Source of the DNA: Octopus bimaculoides
Lineage: Eukaryota
Length of the DNA: 64,000 nucleotides
Assembly (NCBI RefSeq): GCF_001194135.2
Contig: NC_068995.1
Location: 50,946,860-51,010,859, forward strand
Direction of reading: 5' to 3'
Within the stretch, counting starts at the first letter, position 1, and every line of letters begins with the position of its first letter. Made by a program: the position numbers and the translations under genes. The notes under the pieces are model-generated. The model had not been told where the DNA came from, searched no databases, and saw only the letters and a program-made list of their open reading frames with translations. Positions 1 through 14,100 of the stretch are shown piece by piece.

Positions 1-1499
1 TCATATGTGCAAGGTAGATCTCTTTGTTTTGGAGGGCTCCACTAAATGCATCCAGTGACCAGGCGGTTGTGTTCTTCAAAAACAGAAGGACATATTAGAT
101 AATATAGTCCTAGACAGGATGGTAATGGTTGGAGTGGAATACTCTTGATTGTAGCTCTGTTCAGTAATTAAAAAGTTGACCTGATCTGGGGCTAAGCAAC
201 AACCAAATACCTTGTAGCTGGTAGTTGATTGACATTCTAAAGTTGATTAACCCATTAGCATTTAGATTATGCTGTCAAATGTAATGCATGATTAATTCGC
301 ATTGTTTGAATTAGTCATGCATTATCTTGCATCCTTGAGATTTTGATTGTTTATATTTCAAAGGACAGTCTAGGTGAGGTGTGAGAGGTCAGATCTAGCC
401 AATTTGGTGCTGGTGCCTCTTAAAAAGCACTCAGTACACTGTGGTTAACATCAGGAAGGGCATCCACCGGTAAAAAAAACAAACCAAAACAGATTTTGGA
501 ATTTAGTGCGACCCTTGGCTTTGCCAGTTCCTGTCTTGCCTTCCAACCAATGCCAGTATGGAAAACAGATATGAAATGTTGATGATGATTTTATATATAT
601 ATATATATATATATATTAATATTACTTGATTTGCTGAAAAAGAATAGGTAAGAATTCCATAAAGTGTACCCAGTCCCCATTATAAATTGTCAACTTACAA
701 GAGATGCATGGGATCACAGGCAGGCTGACAGAAGGTAGACTTCATATGTTAATTGTAAGAGTACACACGAAGGAGTACGGGCTCTCGCCTAGCTGCTACT
801 GATGAGACAAGCCTTTGATACAGGTCACAGTAAATGATGAAAGGTGCAGGGGGGGGGAGTACTCTTCAGTCATACTGAGGCTGTGAGAACTTCTCTAGTG
901 TTGGTGCTATGACAAGATGCACACAGTGCACTTTGAAGAGTAGTGCACAATAGGAAGGGCTTCTTGCCATAGAAAAGATGCCAAAATAGAACGTAGAGAG
1001 AAGCATGGTCCCTAAGCTGTCTAGGAAGGCTGTAATTCCAAATAAAAACTTGCGCAGACTGTGATCTGTCCCACCCATCCTAGAATGGACAGAAAAACAA
1101 TGATCATAATATATATATATATTCTGAAGATGAGATAAATCATTTTTGATTCCATGGTTATTTCATTTAGTAATCGTTTAGATTTGTGATGAAAAGAGAA
1201 GCAAGACTGTCTGGCTGCCTAACAATAGAAATAGCAATTGTTCCCTCTGCAAGAGATCAAAAGGATATTGTTCTTAATTAGATTAAATCACTAATTTTCT
1301 CATAATGAAATTTTGGTCTTGATGAACTGATATCACTGGCTTTCAATCCTGACTATAAACAAACAAACAAACAAATAGATGCATACATATACACACATGC
1401 ACGTACGCACACGAATGTGTTCACACACCTTTGGTACCGAAGAGAATTGTAATATATTCTGATAGGCATTGAGAAGGCATTCGATAGTCTGATATAATG

Positions 1500-1800
1500 C
1501 TCTATGGACCACCAAGAACTGGGGTGGGGTGCATAGTACCAAAGAAATCCACCAGGGCTACCTCATTCCTCACTTCTACTCTCTTCAATAGTTACCTAGA
1601 AAGTATCATGAGTGATGCCATTGAAGTCCATGTGGATACGGTGAATACTGGAGGAAAGACTACCACAAATCTAAGATTTGTTGATGACCATTAATGGACT
1701 GCTAAGAAGTAAAGATAAATTGGTCAGCTTTGGTCAATCACTTAGATAGAGCCTCCACCAAGTTTGGAATAGAAATTAGAGTAGGAAAACAAAACAAAAC
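1500..1800 (+). mobile_element. RTE-type reverse transcriptase fragment, frameshifted
   Basis: LFNSYLESIMSDAIEVHVDTVNTGGKTTTNLRFVDD, then after frameshifts INGL...HLDRASTKFGIEI; this is the RT region around the F/YADD motif. Confidence 0.8.
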
Positions 1801-4800
1801 AAAAAACATGGCAAATATCAATGCTATAATCCCAACATGTGTCTCTATACTAGGACAGAAACAAGAGATGTGAGGCCGTTTGAACAATTTGTGGTGATGG
1901 GCAGTCATTTTGGTAAATGACCAAGAGCAGAAATCCTTGCAAGTCAACATAGGTGCATTTATGGCTGTGTGGTTGAAGAGTTTGCTTCCCAGTCCCATGA
2001 TTTCAGGTCCAATCCTACAGTATGGTACCTTGGGCAAGTGTCTTCTCCTATAGCTTCAGCTCAACCAAAGCCAGATTACTCTATTAATGTTATGCTTATT
2101 TATTCACATTGTTTTAAGTTAATCAGGCATTATTTCTTAGCTTCAAGATTTTGGTGATGTGATTATTTTGAGAATGACATTGTGAAGTAGGTGTGAGAGG
2201 TCAGATCTGGCTGGTTTGAATATAAAACAAGTTGAACATTTTGGGCTGGTTACGACCAGTTTAAATGCTACAGGGTTATGGCTAAAAGTAGAAAACAGTA
2301 TTAAATATTGCTTCACAAGTGGTGTCATTTGTTTCCAGTCTTCCATGAAAACATGTCCAGTCACGGGGAAATAATAGCTTGCCTGGAAACAAGTGAGTGT
2401 TGGTGACAGGAAAGGCACACCAGCTGTTGAAAATCTGCCTTAATGACTTCCATCTGACCCTTGGAAGCGTAGAAAAGTGGATATTAAAACAATGATGATG
2501 ATGATGATGGTGATAACTGTTAGTAGAAAAGTCCAACAATTTGAATTGCGCTTCATTTTTAAAATTTTAAACCTTTTTTCCCCCCCCACTTTATTTCAAA
2601 GATGGACTGAATTTTTTACATTTCTGTGTGTCACAATGGCGTCCCTACAATGCCATCAGGAGTTTTTGAAGCAATTATGTATGTTATACACACACATACA
2701 TATAGCATCATGATAAACGCATGTCCAAATATGTACACTCACACAATATACTTGTTTATGTGTATATAATATGTATGTATATATATATGTACCCTTCTCC
2801 TTTCTATCTCTTCCCATTTCTTTTCCTGGCTTTCTCACCTCTTTCCTACCTTTCTTTCACCCTCTTTCCCTCGTATATATATGTGTGTGCGTATATATAA
2901 AACCACACACACCACTTATTATATTTCTTATAAATCTCTAATCCAATTGCTGCCATTCTTGATTATTGACACTCCTCCAGAAGTCCTAACATTTTCAAGA
3001 CATTAACTATATTTTTACTTATTGCTTCTGTTTGTTGCTCTTGTTGTTTGTAAAAATGTCTCTTTGACTTCCTTCCTTCCTTCCTTCCACCCCCACCCCC
3101 CACACACACATACACCACCACCATCACNNNNNNNNNNNNNNNNNNNNNNNNNNNNNNNNNNNNNNNNNNNNNNNNNNNNNNNNNACATACATTATCTGAC
3201 ATTAAGTTTATAAAAACTGAAGATTTTATTCTCCCTCCAGTTCCTTATACTTTTTATGCATTTATTTATTTTTTTTTTTCCACTTGACCATCTCAGAAAA
3301 TTGAATTTCTTTCTCTTGAATGACTGAATGCAAATAAAACCAAAAAAAAAATTTGGGTTTTTTTTTTTTTAGGTAATGTACTTTTCTGATTTCTTTTTTC
3401 TTTCTTTCCCTTTTCCCTAATTTTTTTTCTGTTTTTTTTTTTCCTTCTCTTCCCCTCTTTCTTCAACTCTTTTCTTTCTTATTCTTTATTCTTTTTTTGC
3501 TTTTCTATTTTTTCCACTTATTTTATTCCTTCCTCTTCTTTCGCAACCATTATTACCACCATCTTTATTCTTAGTTCCTGTCACATTTAAGACCAGCCAT
3601 ATTGGCCTCAGCTAACATCACCACGTTTCTTATATAATACTGGTTGGGTTTCCATAACAGTCTATCTTTTAATATTTTCTCTTATAAAACCCTAAGTTCT
3701 GTAACTGAAGTTTCTAAAGTCTTGGTGCCAAACAAGACATTTCATGATTTTAATTAAAAACTATCGTTCAAATTTCACACACACACACATAGAAGATTAT
3801 ATAAAAAATACACACACTCTCATATAAATATACTCATACACACACACATGTATAGTCTCGTAAACACTCCCAAAACACACACATTTTCACATAGACATGC
3901 ATACACTCAACACGACACCACAACACAACATCACAACTTCTGAACAACACAAGACCTGAGGACCATCATCTCACCTTCCGAGGTCTTAAGTTCTCTGCAG
4001 TCTTAGAGTCTCTTGTGTCTTAGAGCATCTGAGATCTTGGAATCAGGTGGTCTTTTATAGTGATCATCAGGAAGCAGTGGCTCAACTTAAAAGAAACAGT
4101 AAACAAATCTCCCTCAAACTGCATCCAACCAGAGTAATAAGACAAATGATGTGATTGAAGAGACTTACTAAATAGTTAAGGCCATGGTTGGATTCTCTTT
4201 AATCATAGGCCTACTAAGCTTGGGTAAAGCAAGTAACAACAACTGCATAAACTTTGTATCATAGAGCATGTTGCATCTGTTTTGTAGCTCAGTTCGTCAA
4301 TATCTAGTTGAAGAATATAGTCAGATTTGTTGACAGTGTGACAGGCACCAGGCACTTGCCGATGGTATGAGGCAGGTAGCTAGTTAATTACATCGGCCCC
4401 AGTGTTCAGCAGGTACTTATTTTACAGACCCCAAAAGGATGAAAGGTAAAGTCACCCTCAGATGAATTTGAACTCAGAACGCAAAGATGGACGAAATGCC
4501 ACTAGGCATTTTGCCTGGTGTGCTAATGGTTCTGCCAGTTTGCTACTTTAAACAACCTGAATATTGGTCAGTGTACTTTTCATGAACTAATTCCAGCTAA
4601 TAACCGAAATGAGTACCAATCTATATTACTGGTAAAAATGAAAAAAAAAAAAAAAAGATAATTAGACATCTGAAAAAGGACATCCAGATCTGATGCAAAT
4701 TACAAGTCTGGCAAAAAGTGAAATAGTGGTGTGTGTGCATGTGTATATACACACACAAACACACACACACCCCAAATTATCCTTTGTATTCATCAATCTA

Positions 4801-5324
4801 ATCCTTAATATAATAGTAAATAGATAATATGAGGTTGGTGGGGGGGGGGATTTCAAAAGAAAACCAGCAACAAACAACGCAAAAAACAACCCCCTCTTCC
4901 CCCACAAAGTATTATTACTCCAATGAATAGCAAACTTCTATTGACATTTTATTAACATTAAGATCAATTGTGGAAGTTCTCGAAAGGGACAGGCTTTTCC
5001 TGTTCTTTTTGTTCGGTCTTATTTCCGTTAAGGAAGCTATTAAATAATTTAACCACCATTATAATTTTCAGTAGAGAATTAGTTCACGTTTTTGGCGATT
5101 TCTTTTTGCTTTTTTGTTTTTTAACCATGTAGAATTTGAAATTATTTATGGAAAAATCATGATGATGATGATGATGATGGTGATGGTGATGATGATGATG
5201 ATGATGATGACAAGAATGATGAAAGAGATTCAAAATGTAATGATGCCATAGAAAAATGGAAAAAGAATTTCAGTGAAAGACAAGTGAACTAATCATTAGT
5301 ACAACCAAAGCAATGAGTTGCAAT

Positions 5325-5355
<31 letters not shown>

Positions 5356-5377
5356 TATATATATACACACATGCACA

Positions 5378-5578
5378 CGAGGGGGTTCTGAAAATTTCCT
5401 GGCTTTGGGTAAAAGAAAATACAGGAGGATCTGTTAATTATGATTTTATTCAACATATTCCCTTCCTCAGATTCACATGTTTATTGCATCGGTCCTTCAG
5501 TTTTTCTAAGCCCTGTAAAAGGACTCAGAAGGTTGGGCCTCCAACCAGGCCTTTCACGAACTTTTCAGCACCTCCTCA
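5378..5578. mobile_element. Mariner-like MITE (about 200 bp)
   Basis: Imperfect TIRs CGAGGGGGTTCTGAAAATTTC / GAACTTTTCAGCACCTCCTCA, flanked by CA and TA. Confidence 0.72.
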
Positions 5579-6664
5579 TATATAACTTAAAATATATTTT
5601 TTAGGAGAGAAGAAAATAGAAATTGTGATATTCATGCCTTTCCTCTGCATGGGCCAATGAAAGTTATACATCCTACTCCCCTTTCTCATTCCACAAAATA
5701 GTAGATAAATAAAATAGAATAAAATAAAAATTTACATTTAAAATGTTCAAAACGGGAGTCAGAAACTGGGCCATGGTATTGGTTCACAGGGAACTTTGTC
5801 CTGTTATGAGCAAAATTCTATCCTAATAAATAAAAGGTTAAAATAATAAGCAGTAAGAAACTGTATTGGGTTATGTCACGTTTTAATTTCTGTTTTTCAA
5901 CATTCATTAACGTCAGTATTTTAAAGAGAGCCCCACCCCCACCCCTATCCAAAATAACCAGAAATGGTAGACTAACGAACTACATGTATGGGGAGTATTT
6001 AATTATGTCTGTCTTCATTCAGAGTTGAAATCTTGCTTTGCAATTAATTATCCCAGGTTGATGAAGTAAGCACCAGTATGGTGTTGAGGTTAATGCAAAC
6101 ATGTGACCTTGTGCCAAAGTAATAACCCCTTATTTTAAAAGAAAGACATGCTAAGTTTATCTTCTTTGTCTTTTTCTATCTTCATATTGTCTGAACACCC
6201 AGTTACACACTGCCAGCAAGTGCCTGGCACCCGCCACACACCATCAGTAAGGGCACGGAGCCCACCATAATGCCATTGGCACATGGTTGGTGCCGGTCAC
6301 ACACCATAGGATTAGGTATATGTAGCATAACAAATTTTATCAAACTCTTTTGATAATAACACATTTATGACTGCCCCCAGTTTAATGATACAGATTTCCT
6401 GTTTTAATATTTTCTAAATTAAAACTTTCATGTTAATTTATGTTCCAAACACCTGCTTAATAATGACAGTTATTTTAATAAATTCTTAATTATTTTCAAA
6501 ATTAATTGAAACGAAAGCAGTGTATTCTAACAGAAATATGGTAAGATAAGGGTTAAAAAACAAAAAAGTAGTGCAATTTGAAGATCAGGCTATTGTTTCT
6601 AACATAGTCTTATTTTTCTGCTAAGTAGACACAAGGTGCACACAGTTATGTATTTCACTTCAAC

Positions 6665-7372
6665 GTACTGTGTGGTAAGTAGCTTGCTTATGAACCACAT
6701 GGTTCCAGGTTCAATCCCACTGCGCGGCACCTTGGGCAAGTGTCTTCTACTATAGCCTCAGGCTGACCAAAGCCTTGTGAGTGGATTTGGTAGACGGAAA
6801 CTGAAAGAAGCCTGTTGTACATCATCATCATCATCATCATCATCGTTTNNNNNNNNNNNNNNNNNNNNNNNNNNNNNNNNNNNNNNNNNNNNNNNNNNNN
6901 NNNNNNNNNNNNNNNNNNNNNNNNNNNNNNNNNNNNNNNNNNNNNNNNNNNNNNNNNNNNNNNNNNNNNNNNNNNNNNNNNNNNNNNNNNNNNNNNNNNN
7001 NNNNNNNNNNNNNNNNNNNNNNNNNNNNNNNNNNNNNNNNNNNNNNNNNNNNNNNNNNNNNNNNNNNNNNNNNNNNNNNNNNNNNNNNNNNNNNNNNNNN
7101 NNNNNNNNNNNNNNNNNNNNNNNNNNNNNNNNNNNNNNNNNNNNNNNNNNNNNNNNNNNNNNNNNNNNNNNNNNNNNNNNNNNNNNNNNNNNNNNNNNNN
7201 NNNNNNNNNNNNNNNNNNNNNNNNNNNNNTCCCTGTAACTTAGCGGTTCGGCAAAAAGAGACCGATAGAATAAGTACTGGGCTTACAAAGAATAAGTCCT
7301 GGGGTCGTTTTTTCTCGACAAAAGGCGGTGCTCCAGCATGGCTGCAGTCAAATGACTGAAACCAGTAAAAGA
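6665..7372 (+). mobile_element. tRNA-derived SINE family A, near full-length copy interrupted by a gap. Other copies or fragments at about 1958(+), 12160(+), 13610(+), 15660(-), 16250(-), 17590(+), 25255(-), 28700(+), 31130(-), 33600(+), 34540(+), 35170(-), 35715(+), 46120(-), 49940(+), 52440(-), 62040(+), 63110(+)
   Basis: A/B-box-like head (TGTGTGGTAAG...GGTTCAATCCC), core GCACCTTGGGCAAGTGTCTTCTACTATAGCC, GGAAACTGAAAGAAGCC, tail GGTGCTCCAGCATGGC(C/T)GCAGTC...GAAAC(A/C)AGTAAAAGA recurring many times. Confidence 0.85.
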
Positions 7373-7790
7373 GTACATGACAAATATCTTTGGTAAGGTT
7401 TAAATATATGATTTCTAAATGCCAATAGTTCAACTTTTAATTTATACATTATTCCTCTTAGTTTCTGTTCTTCTAACAACAATAACATTGTTATAGCATT
7501 CTTAAAATGAAATTTAGTCAACAAGAACCTTTAGATTCCAGAACTTGTTCTTTGTTCTCTTGAAATTAGATTCCAGCAACTCTTTCACAATTCAAAGACT
7601 TTCCTCTCTTTGAAATTTGATTTCTATCTTTAGAACCCTACCAATTTTTTATTATTTTCTATTTTATTTAAAAAAAAATTTTTTTTTTACTCCTGCTTTT
7701 ATAACTTTCTGGTTTTCTCCTTCAAACTCCAGTCACAGTTTGGTTGTCCTGCTTTAAAAATCAACCAACCTTCTTGTCCATTTAACTTAA

Positions 7791-7986
7791 ACCCTTTAGC
7801 ATTCAGATTATTCTGCCGAATGTAATGCTTATTTATTCTCATTGTTTTAACTTATGCATTATCTTAGCGCTTTGAGACTTTTAGTATGACATTGTAGGAT
7901 AATCGCAAGAGGCTGGATGTGACTGATTTAAACATAAAACAGCCTGAGTGTTAGGACCCGATATGGCCAGTTTAAATGCTAAAGGG
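7791..7986. mobile_element. piggyBac-like MITE; partial or older copies at about 247-405, 2075-2278 and 20715-20840 (reverse)
   Basis: TIRs CCCTTTAGCATT / AATGCTAAAGGG bounded by TTAA. Confidence 0.72.
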
Positions 7987-10529
7987 TTAAACTTTAGCTA
8001 TCTTTACCCTGTCCCCACCCCTTTTTTAATGGTACCTATTTTAGGTATCATACTACTCACAGAAATAATTCCAAGGTCATAACTGCACCAATAATTTACC
8101 CTAAAATGCACATTTTTTTTTCCAGTATTTTGCTAGTGGGTCATGTGTTTTACTTGACATGCTTCTAATCAAGACACCCACTCACCCACCTCCTGTGTCA
8201 ACAGAATATAAATACTTAAATATATAAATAAATAGATACATAAGATCAAAGTTTCCTGTCATACTATATCTTTCTTCCTCATATTTTCCCCTTTCTCAAA
8301 TAAACTTCTAAGTAGGTTTACATTTTCCTTCAAGCTAGGCTTGCTTTTTTATTTTCATAATTTCTTTTAGTCAAAATAACCAGGAAATAACACTGGCTCT
8401 GCTTCATCATCATCATCATCATCATCATTTAATGCCTGTGTTCGATGCTGGCAAGGATTGGATGATTTGACAAAAGCTGGCAAAACAAAGAGCTGCACCA
8501 GGCTCCAGCTGTCTGCTTTAGCATGGTTTCTATGGTTGGATGCCTTCCTAATGCCAGCCACTTTACAGAGTGTACTGGGTACTTTTCAACATGGGTGCTT
8601 TTTACGTGGCACCAGTACAAAAGAGGTAAAAATGGAGCATATATTTAGCTGTGAAGCTAAATAAGTAACTCAAAGGCCAAGAGTTTTATGCGCATTACTT
8701 GGCAAACTCAGTGTATGAAACTGTCAGTTCTTGAGTCATTTACAAAGTCTTACAGCTTATAGATAACAAGATAGATAGATGGATAGATAGATAGCAAGAT
8801 GGTTGAATGTCTGTCTGTTTCTCTGAAAATTTCAAATGGTATTTGTGTTTCTGATCTGTCAATTGTACCATACACTTTTTACTTTTAATTAATTGAATAC
8901 ATTTGAATGGAATCAGAAAATGCTTTGCTTTGAGGGTATAGTTCATACAGATTTACTTTAGCAGTGTTGCAAATGCTTGGTTCCTCTCACTATAGAAGTA
9001 GCTAAAGGAATGACAATGGTGACAATGGCAATGATGGCGACGGTAGTAAACCATAAAAAAAATATATAAGTTTTCTTGTTAGTCATCAATTTTTATTAAT
9101 CTAATCTTGCTTTCTTAGTTTGTTGAATGTTGATACTTTAAATTGATATAGAGAAAAGTTGGGTTTGGTAGGATTATTTTTATGTAAGGAAAAAGAAACA
9201 TAAATCATAAAAAATTTATTGCTGATGTTATTTTGTTTCACAGAAAGATGATTTTATAAGATAGCCTACAATCTGGGGATCTACGATTAGACAAATGAAA
9301 TCTATCTTTTAGTTAAAATGGTTCTGTTAGACAGTTCGGAGAAGCTAGCTCTTTTCATCTATTTCAAATACAAGATGCATTTTGATGTTATCTCATTGTA
9401 TCCTGTCACAGTGAAAAAAATAAATGAGATGGTATTTATCAAACAGATAGTTTTTAGATAACTGCGCCATGCTTCAAATATTGTGACAACGAATTGGTGT
9501 AGGATGTGGGGAGCAGAGGAGGTTGTTGGAAAAGATAATTAAAGCATCACTTTTTTTTTTTTTTTAATCGTATGACAAACTTAAAATAAACCGTTAATTT
9601 CTATTTAAACTTGGAAGATTTTGCACAGCTGTTTGTGTGAGAGTTATATATATATATTTATATGAAGTCATCATACATCTGTTTTTCCATGCTGGTATGA
9701 GTTAGAGGTAGAAACAACCTATGTTTTGATTTAATCTTTTTTATTAAAGTTTCCTTGTATCATTATATCAGTCCCTTAAAGTTCATTGAGAACGATAAAG
9801 TTCTCACATTCATCTTTATCAATGTTTCTAACCTATCTTACTCTCATCCTCTTGATGTGGACTGGTTTTGACTTTGTTTATATAGGCTTTCCTGTCAGGA
9901 TTTGGCAGTTAGAGTTCTATACCATCAGATTTGCAATAGTGACATGTATATATTGTATCTTAATTATAGCCTTGTGTTGGTATAATATTAGTATTACTTC
10001 CGTAATCAGGCATCTATTTCTGTGGGAACGTCTGTAAAGTATAAATGCACTTTCTGTTAATATTTTCTGTTTAGTTTTGTTTTATGGTGTAGTGTGTTGT
10101 TATTGCTCCTTGTCTAAATGCATGTGGAGCCTACAAAAATGTTGTACTTGTCTGGCCAGTGTAGCAGTTGAGCTCGTGAAGTTTTCAATTTCTGCTTTTA
10201 CAGTTAGATTTATAAATTACATTGGTCATTCTAATTTTGTTTTTGGGTTTTCCCCTGCCTCTGGTGTGTTTTTAATAAGGTTTATGATTTTATTATTTTT
10301 GTAATATATTACTAGCGTCAGCTTATGAGTTGGTGTGAAGGTAGAATGTTTCCTTGCTTAAAAAGTTTGTATATTACAGGATAAAGTCATGCTAAACACG
10401 AAGCAATGTGGACACCTGAAAATAAAACAAAGTATGCAAATATGTGTGTGAGTGTCTGGTTAGTGTTGACTATCAGAAAAAAGAGTATTCAGTACCATAG
10501 TAGAAGTTGATAATATTATTTTCATTTTG

Positions 10530-10875
10530 GTCAAGTCAGTCCATTGCTTCTCTGAGTTTCAGCCACCATCATTTTGAACAAATAGTCGTAACTTTCCTGA
10601 ACACCCACAGCCAAAACTCAGAGTAGGTAGAGTCCGACACAGCCAAAATTATGTATGCCATAAGGTCTGCAAATCTAATGGAGGCCTCAGAAGACATTTT
10701 AAGATCCACAAAGATCAGAGCTTAACTGCAGCTCTTGGTGGTCCAAATCAGATATGCAATCTATGTGGGTGTCTTTTCAATACACTGTTTTCAAAAGCAA
10801 CGTCAGATGCCATGATGGATCTCAGGTGTAAGTACAAGAGGTGGTCAGACTTGGCAGAAGGAGTAGACAACCACC

Positions 10876-10880
<5 letters not shown>
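10530..10880 (+). mobile_element. Probable LINE 3' end with two degenerate C2H2 zinc fingers, stop codon, short 3' UTR and (TA)n tail
   Basis: YVCHKVCKSNGGLRRHFKIH and ICNLCGCLFNT..(frameshift)KSNVRCH...TAA. Confidence 0.5.
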
Positions 10881-10906
<26 letters not shown>

Positions 10907-11029
10907 CNNNNNNNNNNNNNNNNNNNNNNNNNNNNNNNNNNNNNNNNNNNNNNNNNNNNNNNNNNNNNNNNNNNNNNNNNNNNNNNNNNNNNNNNNNNNN
11001 NNNNNNNNNNNNNNNNNNNNNACACACAC

Positions 11030-11144
11030 ACTAGGTTGAGGAAAAGTTCATGTGCTGTGTTAAAATGAACACATACACACCACAAAAATATATGAAAAAA
11101 GCATTATTTTAACATGGTGCACAAACTTTTTCCTCAACCTAATA
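11030..11144. mobile_element. Tiny mariner-like MITE (about 115 bp)
   Basis: TAGGTTGAGGAAAAGTT...AACTTTTTCCTCAACCTA with about 40 bp of imperfect inverted arms, in TA/CA microsatellite context. Confidence 0.72.
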
Positions 11145-14100
11145 TATATATGTATGTATATATATGAATGCCTTATTAAAGACATGACTATTTTTCATTT
11201 TTTTTTTTTCTTCTTTATTAAAGATTTTTCATTTTTCCATATAAATACTTTGTAGTTTATTTGGAACAATAAGTTTCCTAGATGTGTAATCAACTTTTCT
11301 AGACTTTCACAACCTCATCATCAGGATATGAAATATATTTGGCGTCTGCATTTGGCTTTTATAAAAGTAGTTGAATTTGTTTTTACCATCAAGAATTTTG
11401 ACCTTTTGACTTCCATGTCAGCAGTCACATGGTAATATTGTTTTAAAGTAGCCAAATTTATGTAGATTTTATTGTCCCAATTTTTTAACCATTAAATTTC
11501 CATGCTGGAAATTTGTTTCAGACAAACGATGAAAAGACTTATAAAAGAAATACAAACAATTTTTAATACACAAGTTAAAATTGGAACATAGTTGTTTTTT
11601 GTTTTTTTAATGAAGCCTGTACAAAAGAAAAGCTGCCACCCCCATATGTATGTGTATACACACATACATACATAATCATAGGAAACAGAATTGTTTGTCT
11701 TTATGAAAAAGACCATTTTTTTTTCTTTCTTTCACAACTTTGCTAATGTGCAGCAAATATTTGATGTCAATTACATCCATTTAAGTTTTGTAATAATACA
11801 ATGCTACAGTGGTATCCTTACCATATATATATATTTTTTAAAGTTTGTTTTGTATTGAGTTATAATAAAAATAACTTTACATTAAACTGAAGGATTATGC
11901 AATACGTTTTGTGGAGTAAATGTTTATTATTTCTTGTTATTTTTACAAGAATAATGTTGACAGTGACTTCCAAGCTTTGGCCTGCTTAACCTTCACTATC
12001 AATACTTTTCTTGTTAAAGAATAATAAAAATACATCAACATTTAATGTCCATTTTCCATGTTGACATGGATATATATATATATATATATTAGTACATATA
12101 TATAATTATATAATTATAGTATGGATATATATATATATATATATACACATGCATTTGTGTCTCTGTGTTTGTCCCCCACCATTGCTTGACAACTGATGTT
12201 AGTGTGTTTACATCCCAATAACTTAGTGGTTCGGCAAAAAAGACCAATAGAATAAGTACTAGGCTTACAAGGAATAAGTCTTGGGGTCAATTTGTTTGAC
12301 TAAAGGTAGTGCTCCAGCATGGCCGCAGTCAAGTGACTGAAACAAGTAAAAGAATAAAATAATATATATACAACTAGAGAAAATAAGTTGTTTTCAGCTG
12401 TATATAATGAAATTTGTACATCTGGGTTATATTATATTTTCAAAGATAAGGTTGAAGTCTTGGGGTGCTGTTTTAAGATAAAGAAACCATTTTCTATCTG
12501 AAATGGTAATGTCATCTTCTGCGGTTCATTTCTCACCTGTAAAGAATGTTACAAATATGGTGCTTACTTCATTGCAAAATGATGATGATGACAATGATGA
12601 TGTTTTTTTTTTTCCTATAATCACCAATGTTCCCAATTGTATGGCACCTTACCTGTTAGCATCTTCAGATGTAAAAACCTTGTTGTCTCTTAACGTCTCC
12701 GGTTGAGACTTGTGTAAAGTAAAACAAATCTAAAGCATAATAATAACAATAACAATAACTTGACTGTGCAACTTTGAATATAGGGCAGACCAACCGTGTT
12801 TGCTTGATTGCTAACCTTTCATATAAACGGTTGGTTGTAAGAGAATGTCATATGATAAAAACTGTTTACAAATATCTCGTGTGTTTTCTATACTCATACT
12901 GAGACATGTCTACATAGGTTCAAATTAAACAAAAGGTGCACATACGTTAGATGCAATAAATATAATTAAAAGAATGACTGGTATATTGAAAATATGCTTT
13001 GCAGTATTAATTCCAGTTCTTTTTGCTCTGGGTTCAAATCCTTCCAAGGTTTGCTTTATCTCCTTCTGGGTTCAATAAAATGAAATTCCAGTCAAGTACC
13101 GAGGGGGCGGGGATTGAATCAACTACTTACTTATTTACTTTTACCTGTGGCAGCATTCATCCAGGGTGAGTTGAGCCAGCTTTGACCAACAAGTTCACCA
13201 CATCTCCGATTGAATTCTAACCGCATCTGACGGTTGGCCCCAATGTTCTGGCATGCAACGTAATGCTTCTGCCTGTGACCCCAAAATCCAGCTTGCCCTT
13301 TTGGAAGAGCAAGTGCATCAGGTACTGTGGATGTCATAGCCATAGTCATCATTTGTGGTTGAGGTGTAGATGTCATGTCAGGAGTTTCAGTGGGTAATAT
13401 AAGTTCCCATGTGGTCCCCAGTCACATGCATTTAATCAACTGCCCCACCACTGCCTGTTTTCTGGTTTCAATGTTAGAAATAACAATTAAAAGGGAAAAA
13501 TTTTTTAAAAAAACAAACAAAAACGGATATGAATGAACAAAAATTAGAACTTAGATTCATCATAATACATTCTTCTGATCTTGATATCAATAGTGTGTGA
13601 CTGTGAGGTTGAGAAGCTTGTTTCCTAATCATCTTTAGTCTTTGGTTCAGTTCCACTGTGTTGCAACTTAAGCAAATGTCTCCTACTATAGCCCCAGGCC
13701 AACCAAAACCTAATAAATAGATTTAGTAGTTGGAATTGGAAACTGAAAGAAGCCCATTATATGCATATGTATGTATGTGTATTTGTGAACCCTTGTGATA
13801 ATAGTAAACAAGCATTACTGTCGCACAAGTGATGTTTGTTTCCAGTCTTCTATGAAAAACATGTCAGGCCCTTAGGAAATATTTGTCTTACTTGGAAGCA
13901 GGTGAGGGTCGGCCACAGAGAAGGCATCTATCTGTCCATAGAAAATCAGTCTCAACAAATTCCATCTGACCCTTGTAAGCATGGATAAGTGGATGCTGAA
14001 TAATGATGATGCCTGTGTGGGTGTAAAAGTGCATTATTTGATAAAAGTGCAAAAAAAATTAGTTTAAGAACCTAACTTCTTGGCAAAGAACATGAAATAT

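Noticed and set aside
790-835. CTGATGAGAC...GTC hammerhead-like start
   Set aside because: GAAA is replaced by ACAG and no stem I or III can be formed
866-1078. 70-aa hydrophobic minus-strand ORF
   Set aside because: No recognisable family or splice context; the plus strand resembles a decayed retroposon tail (GGAAGGGC...TAGAAAA...CCCATCC...TGAT)
6538-6547. ATG|GTAAGA as Homer exon 1
   Set aside because: Phase 0 is out of frame with exon 2 (which needs phase 2), and it lies in the end of a TTAA-bounded MITE
13131-13460. GC-richer block with an 81-aa minus-strand ORF
   Set aside because: No recognisable domain in any frame and no partner exons; probably an old TE fragment, but it cannot be classified by eye
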